A stretch of 36,126 nt of DNA, from positions 1 to 36,126 of the forward strand of contig WTCB01000041.1 of the NCBI GenBank assembly GCA_013138765.1, in the 5' to 3' direction. Below, in pieces: positions 1 to 9,891 of the stretch. The position numbers and the translations under genes are program-made. This DNA comes from Candidatus Nanohaloarchaea archaeon. Lineage in GTDB: Archaea; EX4484-52; GLR71. Below the pieces are notes generated by a model. That model searched no databases and was not told the origin of the DNA. It was given only the letters and a program-made list of their open reading frames with translations. Every line of letters starts with the position of its first letter. Position 1 is the first letter of the stretch.

Positions 1-2
1 TT

Positions 3-146
3 TCTCAACTCGCACAAGACCTAAAAATAAGACGAGATTTCCTTGCAGGATTCCTTGAAGCCCTGCGCATAACCGGCAAACTTGAAGTGATTGATGTCGG
101 ACGTGCAAAAGTATACAGACCGATAAAAGGGGTGCAGAACATATGA
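3..146 (+). CDS. 3' end of an upstream gene (partial; last 47 codons), winged-helix-like C-terminus
   Basis: Frame 3 is open from the window edge: SQLAQDLKIRRDFLAGFLEALRITGKLEVIDVGRAKVYRPIKGVQNI*. The G-x-L/I-x(4)-G-x-x-K-x-Y pattern resembles the wing of wHTH regulators. The TGA stop (144-146) overlaps the ATG (143-145) of the giant gene as ATGA. No start codon is visible because the gene is truncated by the window. Confidence 0.4.
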   Translation, partial: SQLAQDLKIRRDFLAGFLEALRITGKLEVIDVGRAKVYRPIKGVQNI

Positions 147-3100
147 ATAAAAAAAACATAGCATTCACAATCCTGGCACTCACAACTTTAGCAATAATTA
201 TACCATACATATTTGCAGCATCAAACTACATAGAAGGTACTGTAATCAATCTCGAAAATGGTAATTCTATCGGAAGTGTTACAATAGACATAGTAAACTG
301 CACAGACCAGACACAGATATTCAATACGACAACTACTTATGCAAATGGAACTTTCCAGATAGAATATAACAACACTTGGGGCCAATACTTGATAAACGCA
401 AGCGGCAACCCAAGCTATATCGACAGACAATTCAACAACAACACGCAATGCTTTGAAAACGGCACAGACCTAACATTAAAATTATACCCCGTGGGAACAA
501 GTTCACTAAATATCATATTAAAAGATTCAGTAAACTCCCGACCAATACCAAATGCAATCGTAAAATTATCAAGATCAAACTATGATAGTGAAATCACGCA
601 GATCAACAATAGTCGCTGCACAGATAATATATGTAAAACAGGAACAGATGGAACCATATTGCTCATAGTACCAAATCCCGGAACTTACAACATAACAATA
701 ACCTCAGAAGACTATGACAACTGGAACGAGACCCTTGCAACATTCAACGAATCGACAGAACTTGGAAAAAACAGAGATTACGCAAAACAATTAAGAGGCA
801 GTGGAATAATCTCAGGTAAAGTGACAGATTATTACAACAGCAAAAATGTTGAAAGTGCAACAATAGAACTTTACAGACATGATACTAATCCCTATTCTGG
901 GGAAAACCTAAGCTTTGAAGGAATATACAATTACACAACAACAACAGATGCAGACAGCAAGTACACACTATACATACCCCCAAGTTTAATATTAAGTACT
1001 AATTATGATATCAGTGCATCTCACAACGACTGGACACAGACAATAAATTACAATGGAGACCCAAACACAGATGGTGGTTGGGATAGCTTAAACACAAACA
1101 TAGATGTACATATGAAAGGCACACTTCGGATAAATGGAAGCATAACTGACTGTAACAACAATGAACAAGAAATATCTTTAGACATATACATCACAGATAA
1201 ATCCGGAAACGGATTTGACTATTACACACACACAGACAACGGAAATTTCAGCATATTTGTAAAAAACACAACAACTGGATATGCAGGATACAACATAACA
1301 ATAAACGGCACACAGTATGATGCAACAACTCTTGCAAATGCACAACAAGAAATATCAGAATGTGTAGACGGTTCGCAGAAAGTGAACGGAACTGTAAAAG
1401 ACTCTGAAAACAACCAAAATATTGAAAATGCAACAATCATAATTAATCTTGACGATGGAAACAGTTACAACACAATAACTGCCGTAGACGGAACTTTTGA
1501 AATGGACATAAAAGACAATGTTCAATTCACAATAGATATAGCAAAAACTGGATACACTGGATTATCAAGTCTTACAGATACAGACGGTAATTATGAAACA
1601 ATAAATCTTACTGGCGCATATAACATTACAGGATATGTAGAAGACAAAGAAGGTTCAAGAAGAACATCTGGAGCAAAAATCGAAAATGTGATCATCACTG
1701 TTTTAAATCAGACAACAAGAGCAATATTATACGCGACTGCAACTGACGGCAACGGACAATATTCAATTAACATACCCTCAAACATAAATTACACATTATC
1801 ATGGAATAAAAACTTTTACAATGCAAAAGAAAAAGATTATTCCGCAGGCGAAGACAATGACGGGATCATATACCTAAAAGGAAACACACACATAGACGGT
1901 TACATACTTGATGAAAGTTCATTCGCAACAGACAAAAACATAACTGCAGACACAACAATTGATTTTGCAGACATTAATGGAAAACAATACACAATAATAC
2001 CACAAGACGGCATATTCACAATAGACATGGCAATAGACAATTATAACATAACTGTCTCAAAACCAGGTTACGATACAAAAACTGAAACCGGATTCGTATC
2101 AGGCAGTTCAATAACACAAAATATAAACCTTAGAGGTAGTCTGAACATAACAATAACTACAACTGATAACTTCAGCAATCAATCAATCAGCCTTATAAAC
2201 CTACGGCTTTTTGACAAAGATTCTGGAATAATAAAATATGATAGTATTGCAACTCTTGACGGCACAAAAAACATATTTGTCAATTCTGAAAATACATACA
2301 ATATAGCAGTCTACCACAACAATTATCTACCCCTATATGAATCAATAAACACAGAAGATACAACATTTGAAAAAGAATACAGACTGGTTGCAAAATACGA
2401 GACAAAAATAACAGACGCTGAAAACAATATGCCAGTCGAAAACGCAAAAGTCCAGGCATACCATTATTTCAACCAGACATATCATCCAATGACATTAAAT
2501 GAAACAACGCTTCAAGTGACTGTAAACTGCTCAGGTATGTTACTTGACAACATAAATGTTACAGTCACAGGTCCATCCTATTCAAACTCACAGAACACCA
2601 TAGCAGGGACCACAACATTTGCAGCATTACCGATTGAAACTTACACAGTTGAAGCAAACGGATCAACCAGCGGCTGCAGTACAAAATCAACTGTTATAGA
2701 CATAACTCAAGGTGGTACTGCGTACAACACAACAATACTGTTGAACACAACAATATTAATGATTCATGTTACAAATCCGAACAAAGAAACAATATATCCA
2801 GCAAATGTAACATATGAAAATTCAACAGGTTCAAACATAACGATGCAAGGCCTAAACAACCAATATTATTATGAGAATTACATCGAACTTGGAAATTACA
2901 CAACAACAGTAAATGAAAGCAACCATCATAACAAGACTGTCTTATGCAATGTAACCACTTCAGGAGAAATAAACTTTTGCAACATAACACTTCAACCACT
3001 CCCTGGAAACATAAGCATCTATCTGTTAAATTCCACAGGGAACCCAATCACAGGTGCAATAATAAACATAACAAATGCAACTGCATCCTATGAAATTATC

Positions 3101-6100
3101 GCAACAGACGGCTGGGCAAATTTCACAGATATCGAATCCTTATGGAACCTGACTATAGACGCAATAGACTTAGGATATCAAAATCAAAGTCACAACAACA
3201 TCTATACATACCCTAACACTGACACAACCTACACATTCACATTGAACCAAACAAAAATAACAATAAATGTAACAGATGACCTAGGTATTTTAGAAAATGC
3301 AAATGTATCGCTTACAGACCCATCAACTGGCGCAACCCTTAAAGATTATCTTGGTAATCCCTTAAGCGCACTCACAGATTCTTATGGAAGTGTCACATTT
3401 ACCAGATTCAATATATCCACATACAACATAACAATCAATGAATCCTCCCATGATTTCTACAACCAGACACTGACACTTACAATGGACTCAGACAATGATA
3501 TGCAGATAAATTTAGACACAACAAGAATGACAATTAATGTAATAGACACATACAGCACACCACTTGCAGACATCTATGTAAGTCTAAACAAGACCGATGG
3601 CACAGCAAACTTTACAGGATATACAAACAGCACAGGTACAGTAATCCTTGAAAATCAGACATTCCCACCTGGACTTTACAACCTGACAGTCAATGGAACA
3701 AGTCTTGGCTACAACTACACAGAAAAACAGATAGACATCTATGGTGGTTCACAAAACATTGAAAACATAATACTTGAAGAATACAGACTAAAAATCCAGG
3801 TCAACAGCAGTTATGATAACAGTGCAGCAAAATCAGTAAATGTAACAATTGAAGAGATACCACAGTCAAAAAACACAGATGAAAACGGCACTGCACAATT
3901 CAGAAACCTTGAAAACAAGACATATACATTAACGATAAACGGAACTCAAGTGGGCTACAATGACACAGTATTATCCATAAACGTTACAGGGGACATAACA
4001 GTTGAAATACTTCTTGAAGAAAACACATTTAAGATAGAAATAAAAGATGAAGAAGGAAATCCAGTAAGTGCAGGAATAGACGTAGTTCTTTGGAACCCTT
4101 ATCCAACACTAATTTACGATGATGCATTAGGCAACAATCTAGAAGATGAAACAACACCCACAAACAACAACATAACCTTCAGATTGATGCAATACGAATC
4201 TTCGCCCGGAAACAACATCACAATGTTGGCAGATGGAAGCGACCAAGGATACGGAACAAACCTGACAGATTACACAATATTTAATGGAACAAACGGTCCA
4301 AACACCACCATATTAAACATAACACAGCTTTTAGTCAATGTGACAAACTCAACAGGTGCACCAGTAAACGCCGCAAATGTAACACTATTAACCCTATCTG
4401 GAGGTTATGTCCAAAATGGTCTTGGAGGCGGTAGCCAACAAATGAATGGCACAACTGCCTCAGATGGAACAATAACATTCAAATGGCTATTGCCCGACAC
4501 ATACAATGTATCAATTGAAAAAAATGTAAGCGGAACAATAGTTAGAAACTCAACACTTGTAACAATTACTGCAGGCGAACACAAATATGTTCACATTGAT
4601 CCAAACAACACACTTATACCTTCCCTTAAAGGAACATATTACAATAGCATTCTTGAAAATGACACCTATGACCTCCAAATAAACACAACAGGTCTTGCAG
4701 GACCTGTAGAAAATATAACTGTCAAAGTATATGCAACAGGATACGATTACGACAATGCATACTGGTACAATTACGAAGCGACAGACAACAAGACAACCGA
4801 CGCAAACGGCATAATTGTAATATCAAATATACCCGCCGGAGTTTACGATATATTAATCGATGGAGAAAGTAAAGGTTATGGTATCACAAAAACAAAGATA
4901 CAATTCGGAAAACTGGTATTTTCTGAAGAAACAACAGGAGGCGACGGAATCATTGAGATTCAAATAGATGGACAACCGATAGAAAATGCAGTAGATAACG
5001 GATATTTCATAAGAGTGACCGCAGCAGGATACAAAACATACGACACTTTTGATAATGGTGAAGAAGGATTAAAAGGAACCTATTATGATAATATTAATTA
5101 TGACCAAACCATTTATCCAGGTTATACCCTAAACAACCGAACAGACATAGCACTCAACGGTATCATAAACCTTGTTGGACAGATAACAGACAGTTTAGCA
5201 GTAAATGCACAACCAATTTTCAAAAATATCGCAAACACATTCATAGAGCTCATAATGCATGGGACTGGAACAGTAAGATACACAGCATACACCGATTCAG
5301 ATGGAAATTATAGCATAAATATCAGCCCAGCATTACAAGGCGCAACAGACATTAATTCCCCCCTTACATACGATATTAAAACAACAAAAATTGGATACCG
5401 ATCAATAACTGAAGAAAAAGTAATGCCAAATGCAACTGCAATAATAACTCAAGATATAAAAATTCCAGGATCATCAACAATCAATGGAAGTGTATATACT
5501 TACGATAATAAAGAGATTTCAGGAATCATTGTAAAATACATAGATAACGCAACACTTTCAGAGATATACAAAACTACAACAGATACCAACGGCGAATATA
5601 ACATCACAATAAATCCAGATTATCAACCATACATATTATCATTTTCAGACCCCACATCAAACACAAAAGATTACACAAGCCCTGTATACACAGAACCGCA
5701 TACAAACGAAAAATATTATCTTTTAGGTTCAGAACAGGCAACTCTAAATATATACATAATTGACAATAATAATGTTGAAGTTGAAAATGCAGAAGTTACC
5801 ATCAACTCATTTATTGATGAAAAAATTGCAACCTTCACAACAGACAATAATGGTCGTGTAGACCTTTTCATAGATGGAATTGAATGGAACATTGGTGAAT
5901 ACACCATAACTACAAATGGAAAAACATTAGGATATGGATTAAACACAGAAACAAAAAACATAATACCTGGATACAACACACACACATCAATCATAAATAC
6001 TACCAGAATAAACTTAAGCATCTCAAGCAATCTGGGAAATCCTATATACAACACAACTGCATACCTTACAGGAGATATATTTATCTCTAAAAATATCGAG

Positions 6101-8077
6101 AACAATACCGCAATATTCAATAAGATTCTATCCGGCAATTATACTATCAATTTATCCAGCCCATATTTCAGCCAGTACACAACACCTATAGAAATAAACG
6201 ACAGCAACGCAGGAACACAAATACAAAAAAACATAATCCTAAACGAAAGCATGATTTCAATAAAGATAATAAACCAGACCGGCAACAATTTAGAAAACAT
6301 AAGCATATCAGTCAACGGACCAACATCATACACAGGAAAAACAGACACAGAAGGATGGTTAAACAAAACTCAAATACTTGAAGGAAATTACACAATAACT
6401 TTCACAAACACGACAGAATTCACAGATAACAATTATTTCATACCTCAAAACATCTCAACCACACAGACAATTGGTAACACAACCCATATTGAAGTCAAAA
6501 CAATTGAAAGAATAATAAATGTAACTGTAAACACATATGACTTAAAAGATATATACAACACATCAAGAACAAAAATTGCAGACAACACAATAACAATCAG
6601 TCTTACAAACGAAACAGGACTCACATCAAACAAGACTGGCGACCCCAACACAAAAATCACAAATGATAGTACTGCAAGATTCACAAGCATCTATGACGGT
6701 ATATACACAATAAACACAAGCAGTATCAACTATACATCAGATAATATAACAACATTTAATACAACATCAACAAATTTCAACACAGAACAGAACATATATC
6801 TAAAACAAAATTATATGGCTTACATAAACATAAATATACTCGCTGGTAGCACACCAATATCAAACGCACAAGCAACACTTTACTGGAATGCCACAACAAT
6901 GATCACAACAGGTACATCAGACCAAACAGGTCGTATAATGCTCCCTGTCAATGCATCCATATACAACTCAACGTTACACATAAAAATCTCAAAAACAGGT
7001 TATGTCACAAAAACAACAGCAGACTTCAACATAACTATTGGAGAAATCCACAACAATATTACATCACTTTCACTTGAGGTACCAACTTATACACCAAACA
7101 ATAATAAACCAAGCAGTTCATCACCATCCAGCATATTGCCACCTCCCACAACATCAGACAATGAGACCAATAATAACACAGAAAATAACACAGATACAAC
7201 ACAAGACATACCAACTACATATACTTATACAGATAACAAAGAAGAAATTGAACAGATAATCAAAAATAATATCAATATCTATAATCTCTTAGAACAATCA
7301 TTAGGTCAATTATCGGAAAATCAGATAGCAACAATTGCACAAAATACAGAAACATACGGAAAATATATAGAAATCAAACGAGATATAATTATTGACGAAA
7401 ATGGAATGAGCATTATAAGTCTAGACATACATTACACAGGAAATAAAATATTGAATAATTTTGCAATATATGATGCACTTCCAAAAAATATCCTGACAAC
7501 AGACAATATCAAATTTAATGATAACCTCGCAGAAATATCATTTGACAAAAACACAGATTCATACTTAATAGTATACCCAAACATAGAACCAAATACATAT
7601 TTACGAACAGAATACCAAACAGAGAGATACATCAGTTCGCAAGACACATCACTATTCTCAAAACCACAAATATTTGTAACCGACATAGACAAAGATCTAA
7701 CGATAACACAACCGAATAATACAATAAAAATAACAACCAAAAAAAGTATACTTGATTACTGGTGGTTACTGATTCTCGCAGCGATAGCTACGATTGCGGG
7801 AATTATTATAACAAGGCAGACTGGAAAACAATCCATAAATTATAGTTTCAAACCGATTGAAACAACTAACCCCATGAACCCCCCCGACACAGCACAAGGA
7901 AACACTATGTACAACTTTGAACAAAGAGAGAAAACACTCGCGACTTTGCCCAAACAAGTCGTAGACACAATAGAAAAAACAGAAGAAAAGATATCGCAAG
8001 ATATCAGAAAAGTAGCTCAGAATGAGGTAGCATACCTCGCAAAAACGCTGGAGAAAGAGAGATTTATAGTTGACTGA
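143..8077 (+). CDS. Giant (2,644 aa) cell-surface protein with tandem CarboxypepD_reg/prealbumin-like beta-sandwich repeats; putative heavily N-glycosylated adhesin or S-layer-associated protein
   Basis: Uninterrupted 7.9-kb ORF with a GGGGTG SD about 8 nt upstream. N-terminal Sec signal (hydrophobic core, IFA|AS). A recurring module along the whole length is 'G-x-V/I-x-D ... (T/S)D-x-x-G-x-(Y/F)-x-(I/L)', for example TDGNGQYSINI, TDSDGNYSINI, TDTNGEYNITI, TDNNGRVDLFI, TDENGTAQF. N-x-S/T sequons are very dense. A P/S/T/N-rich linker (PSSSSPSSILPPPTTSDNETNNNTENNTD) precedes a single TM helix (YWWLLILAAIATIAGIII, about 7757-7815) and a charged cytoplasmic tail of about 85 aa. Confidence 0.9.
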   Translation: MNKKNIAFTILALTTLAIIIPYIFAASNYIEGTVINLENGNSIGSVTIDIVNCTDQTQIFNTTTTYANGTFQIEYNNTWGQYLINASGNPSYIDRQFNNNTQCFENGTDLTLKLYPVGTSSLNIILKDSVNSRPIPNAIVKLSRSNYDSEITQINNSRCTDNICKTGTDGTILLIVPNPGTYNITITSEDYDNWNETLATFNESTELGKNRDYAKQLRGSGIISGKVTDYYNSKNVESATIELYRHDTNPYSGENLSFEGIYNYTTTTDADSKYTLYIPPSLILSTNYDISASHNDWTQTINYNGDPNTDGGWDSLNTNIDVHMKGTLRINGSITDCNNNEQEISLDIYITDKSGNGFDYYTHTDNGNFSIFVKNTTTGYAGYNITINGTQYDATTLANAQQEISECVDGSQKVNGTVKDSENNQNIENATIIINLDDGNSYNTITAVDGTFEMDIKDNVQFTIDIAKTGYTGLSSLTDTDGNYETINLTGAYNITGYVEDKEGSRRTSGAKIENVIITVLNQTTRAILYATATDGNGQYSINIPSNINYTLSWNKNFYNAKEKDYSAGEDNDGIIYLKGNTHIDGYILDESSFATDKNITADTTIDFADINGKQYTIIPQDGIFTIDMAIDNYNITVSKPGYDTKTETGFVSGSSITQNINLRGSLNITITTTDNFSNQSISLINLRLFDKDSGIIKYDSIATLDGTKNIFVNSENTYNIAVYHNNYLPLYESINTEDTTFEKEYRLVAKYETKITDAENNMPVENAKVQAYHYFNQTYHPMTLNETTLQVTVNCSGMLLDNINVTVTGPSYSNSQNTIAGTTTFAALPIETYTVEANGSTSGCSTKSTVIDITQGGTAYNTTILLNTTILMIHVTNPNKETIYPANVTYENSTGSNITMQGLNNQYYYENYIELGNYTTTVNESNHHNKTVLCNVTTSGEINFCNITLQPLPGNISIYLLNSTGNPITGAIINITNATASYEIIATDGWANFTDIESLWNLTIDAIDLGYQNQSHNNIYTYPNTDTTYTFTLNQTKITINVTDDLGILENANVSLTDPSTGATLKDYLGNPLSALTDSYGSVTFTRFNISTYNITINESSHDFYNQTLTLTMDSDNDMQINLDTTRMTINVIDTYSTPLADIYVSLNKTDGTANFTGYTNSTGTVILENQTFPPGLYNLTVNGTSLGYNYTEKQIDIYGGSQNIENIILEEYRLKIQVNSSYDNSAAKSVNVTIEEIPQSKNTDENGTAQFRNLENKTYTLTINGTQVGYNDTVLSINVTGDITVEILLEENTFKIEIKDEEGNPVSAGIDVVLWNPYPTLIYDDALGNNLEDETTPTNNNITFRLMQYESSPGNNITMLADGSDQGYGTNLTDYTIFNGTNGPNTTILNITQLLVNVTNSTGAPVNAANVTLLTLSGGYVQNGLGGGSQQMNGTTASDGTITFKWLLPDTYNVSIEKNVSGTIVRNSTLVTITAGEHKYVHIDPNNTLIPSLKGTYYNSILENDTYDLQINTTGLAGPVENITVKVYATGYDYDNAYWYNYEATDNKTTDANGIIVISNIPAGVYDILIDGESKGYGITKTKIQFGKLVFSEETTGGDGIIEIQIDGQPIENAVDNGYFIRVTAAGYKTYDTFDNGEEGLKGTYYDNINYDQTIYPGYTLNNRTDIALNGIINLVGQITDSLAVNAQPIFKNIANTFIELIMHGTGTVRYTAYTDSDGNYSINISPALQGATDINSPLTYDIKTTKIGYRSITEEKVMPNATAIITQDIKIPGSSTINGSVYTYDNKEISGIIVKYIDNATLSEIYKTTTDTNGEYNITINPDYQPYILSFSDPTSNTKDYTSPVYTEPHTNEKYYLLGSEQATLNIYIIDNNNVEVENAEVTINSFIDEKIATFTTDNNGRVDLFIDGIEWNIGEYTITTNGKTLGYGLNTETKNIIPGYNTHTSIINTTRINLSISSNLGNPIYNTTAYLTGDIFISKNIENNTAIFNKILSGNYTINLSSPYFSQYTTPIEINDSNAGTQIQKNIILNESMISIKIINQTGNNLENISISVNGPTSYTGKTDTEGWLNKTQILEGNYTITFTNTTEFTDNNYFIPQNISTTQTIGNTTHIEVKTIERIINVTVNTYDLKDIYNTSRTKIADNTITISLTNETGLTSNKTGDPNTKITNDSTARFTSIYDGIYTINTSSINYTSDNITTFNTTSTNFNTEQNIYLKQNYMAYININILAGSTPISNAQATLYWNATTMITTGTSDQTGRIMLPVNASIYNSTLHIKISKTGYVTKTTADFNITIGEIHNNITSLSLEVPTYTPNNNKPSSSSPSSILPPPTTSDNETNNNTENNTDTTQDIPTTYTYTDNKEEIEQIIKNNINIYNLLEQSLGQLSENQIATIAQNTETYGKYIEIKRDIIIDENGMSIISLDIHYTGNKILNNFAIYDALPKNILTTDNIKFNDNLAEISFDKNTDSYLIVYPNIEPNTYLRTEYQTERYISSQDTSLFSKPQIFVTDIDKDLTITQPNNTIKITTKKSILDYWWLLILAAIATIAGIIITRQTGKQSINYSFKPIETTNPMNPPDTAQGNTMYNFEQREKTLATLPKQVVDTIEKTEEKISQDIRKVAQNEVAYLAKTLEKERFIVD

Positions 8078-8822
8078 AAAAGAACATCTCTCTTTCCAGC
8101 AAGCCCATTTTTTTATCAATTTTTTTCTTTGCACGAACATCTTCATCAAACTTAAGTCCCGCGTCAATATCGAAAAGAATAAGGTTACAAGCATCTGCTG
8201 CGGAATAATTTTTAGATATCTTAAGACTGAGAAGTCCTAAAATTTCAGATTCATCAATTTTTCCATAGGAAAAATCATACATACAACGAACAATCCTGCG
8301 TATCATCTGCCAAAGAAAACCAGTGCCATGAAAATGGATCAATATCAAATTTCCCGAAACTTCAACATTTACCTCAATTTCCCTCACAGATGTTTTTTCC
8401 TTATCTTTTTCAATCCTTGCAAAATTAGAAAAATCATGCTTTCCAGAAAAAAGTTTAGCAACATGCTTAAGCTTATCTAAATCAAGTCTTTTCGCATCTG
8501 AAAAACCGACAACATAAACATAATGTTTCTTGACTGGTAATTTTAGCACACCCTCACTTTTACCAAGAATAAAGATATCTGTGGGCAATTCATGATTCAA
8601 TCGTTCAATATCAACATTTTTTTTAGTCTCAAATTTTGCAAGATTACAGCAAGCAGAAACACCTTTATCAGTCCTGCTAAGGATCCTGAACCGTGAAGCT
8701 TTTTTATCAATCAAATCAAGCCGTTCAAGAGCTGATATGACTTCACCTTCAACAGTCCTTCCTTTAGCCTGTATCTGCGAACCACAAAAATCCTTACCTT
8801 TATATGCAATCTTAAGAATCAT
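8064..8822 (-). CDS. truA: tRNA pseudouridine synthase A (TruA/Pus1-type)
   Basis: N-terminus MILKIAYKGKDFCGSQIQ...GRTVEGEVISAL and catalytic-Asp motif SRTDKGVSA (TruA consensus RTDKGVHA). The length of 252 aa is typical of archaeal TruA. Confidence 0.8.
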   Translation of the reverse strand: MILKIAYKGKDFCGSQIQAKGRTVEGEVISALERLDLIDKKASRFRILSRTDKGVSACCNLAKFETKKNVDIERLNHELPTDIFILGKSEGVLKLPVKKHYVYVVGFSDAKRLDLDKLKHVAKLFSGKHDFSNFARIEKDKEKTSVREIEVNVEVSGNLILIHFHGTGFLWQMIRRIVRCMYDFSYGKIDESEILGLLSLKISKNYSAADACNLILFDIDAGLKFDEDVRAKKKIDKKMGLLEREMFFFSQL

Positions 8823-8852
8823 AACAAAAAGATATACAAAAAGAAATAAAAA

Positions 8853-9857
8853 TCAATTGGGCAGAATTGAATCTGAAAGTGCATTTGCAATTTCGATATA
8901 ATCTTGTGATTTAGGATCATTACAAGGTGCACCGAGATACAAATTTATAAGACATTTCATTGCAGAGATATCAAGTTTTCGATTATATGGATCTGTTGTA
9001 TAATGAACAAGTGCCTTTCGCATAGCTTTATTTGTTATACATATCCCCACAGCCGTTTTATTGACACATGAACTATCACAATATTGAGTTCCATCAGAAA
9101 GACATTCACCGACAGAATAACCATCACAGACAGAACTCCCCCCACCACAGCCAATACCAGTACTATTACAGACTTTATCAGGGTCATCTACAAATTTACA
9201 GCTACTATCACAAAAATCAATAAAATAAGTTTCACCAACAGTACAACTATTTGAATTATATCCCGGTACCTGACCACCACATTCCATATCGGCACCACAC
9301 GCGACACTACAAGCACCATCATCACTTGACACACCATTAGTACAAGTAAAATCATAAGTCAGATTAGCACAGATATAATTGCTATAAGGCGCAGTCACAC
9401 AATCCGCAATATGCGCATTAGTATCAGAACTGAAAGTCCCAAGACACGCCTGATATCCGGAATCAGAACAATTTTGTATTGTTTCATAACTGTATATTAT
9501 GGTGGCATCATCTGATGAAAGACAGACCCCTTCTAGATAATTCCCTTGATCTGATTTTTCCACATGCGCATTCGTCGCCGAAGACAGATTAAGAATATGG
9601 ATATCATCACAATTATTATTTAAATTAATACCTGTCGGAACCCCAGTCACAGTCACATCCTCACAAGAAACATTATACAAATAATTAGATCCAGTATAAA
9701 GTTCTGCATGCGCATTAAAAAGTCCTGACATCTTATAGACTAAAGTACCCAAACTTTGAGTATTTGATACCGTACAGTTTAATTCAGAAGAAACCGGCAC
9801 CAAGACTAATAAAAATGAAATGACCAATGAAATAATAAACACATTTCTAATTTTCAT
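8853..9857 (-). CDS. Secreted cysteine-rich protein (24 Cys in the mature part) with three NAH-containing repeats
   Basis: The ORF track starts at a TTG (9875). The ATG at 9857 gives a clean Sec signal, MKIRNVFIISLVISFLLVLVPVSS. Three repeats: LFNAHAELYTGSNY / ATNAHVEKSDQGNY / DTNAHIADCVTAPYSNY. The C-terminal half carries clustered Cys (ACSVACGADMECGG, GIGCGGGSSVCDGYSVGEC). No family recognised. Confidence 0.7.
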   Translation of the reverse strand: MKIRNVFIISLVISFLLVLVPVSSELNCTVSNTQSLGTLVYKMSGLFNAHAELYTGSNYLYNVSCEDVTVTGVPTGINLNNNCDDIHILNLSSATNAHVEKSDQGNYLEGVCLSSDDATIIYSYETIQNCSDSGYQACLGTFSSDTNAHIADCVTAPYSNYICANLTYDFTCTNGVSSDDGACSVACGADMECGGQVPGYNSNSCTVGETYFIDFCDSSCKFVDDPDKVCNSTGIGCGGGSSVCDGYSVGECLSDGTQYCDSSCVNKTAVGICITNKAMRKALVHYTTDPYNRKLDISAMKCLINLYLGAPCNDPKSQDYIEIANALSDSILPN

Positions 9858-9891
9858 ATAACCACACAAATTCAATATTTCATTAAATCAA

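Noticed and set aside
221-7740. Numerous 60-140 aa minus-strand ORFs, and one plus-strand alternate-frame ORF (7038-7259), inside the giant gene
   Set aside because: They lie entirely within a much longer ORF that has clear domain periodicity. Their translations are low-complexity, Cys/Phe/Leu/Val-rich shadows of an A-rich coding strand, and they lack SD sequences or recognisable motifs.
7757-8077. PGF-CTERM/archaeosortase-type sorting signal at the C-terminus of the giant protein
   Set aside because: There is no PGF-like tripeptide before the TM helix. The helix is followed by a tail of about 85 aa rather than a short basic stub.
143-8077. Tandem DNA repeats, or assembly-collapsed repeats, in the giant gene
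   Set aside because: The protein modules are clearly related but strongly diverged. I found no long identical nucleotide repeats by eye, so this is domain-level rather than DNA-level repetition.
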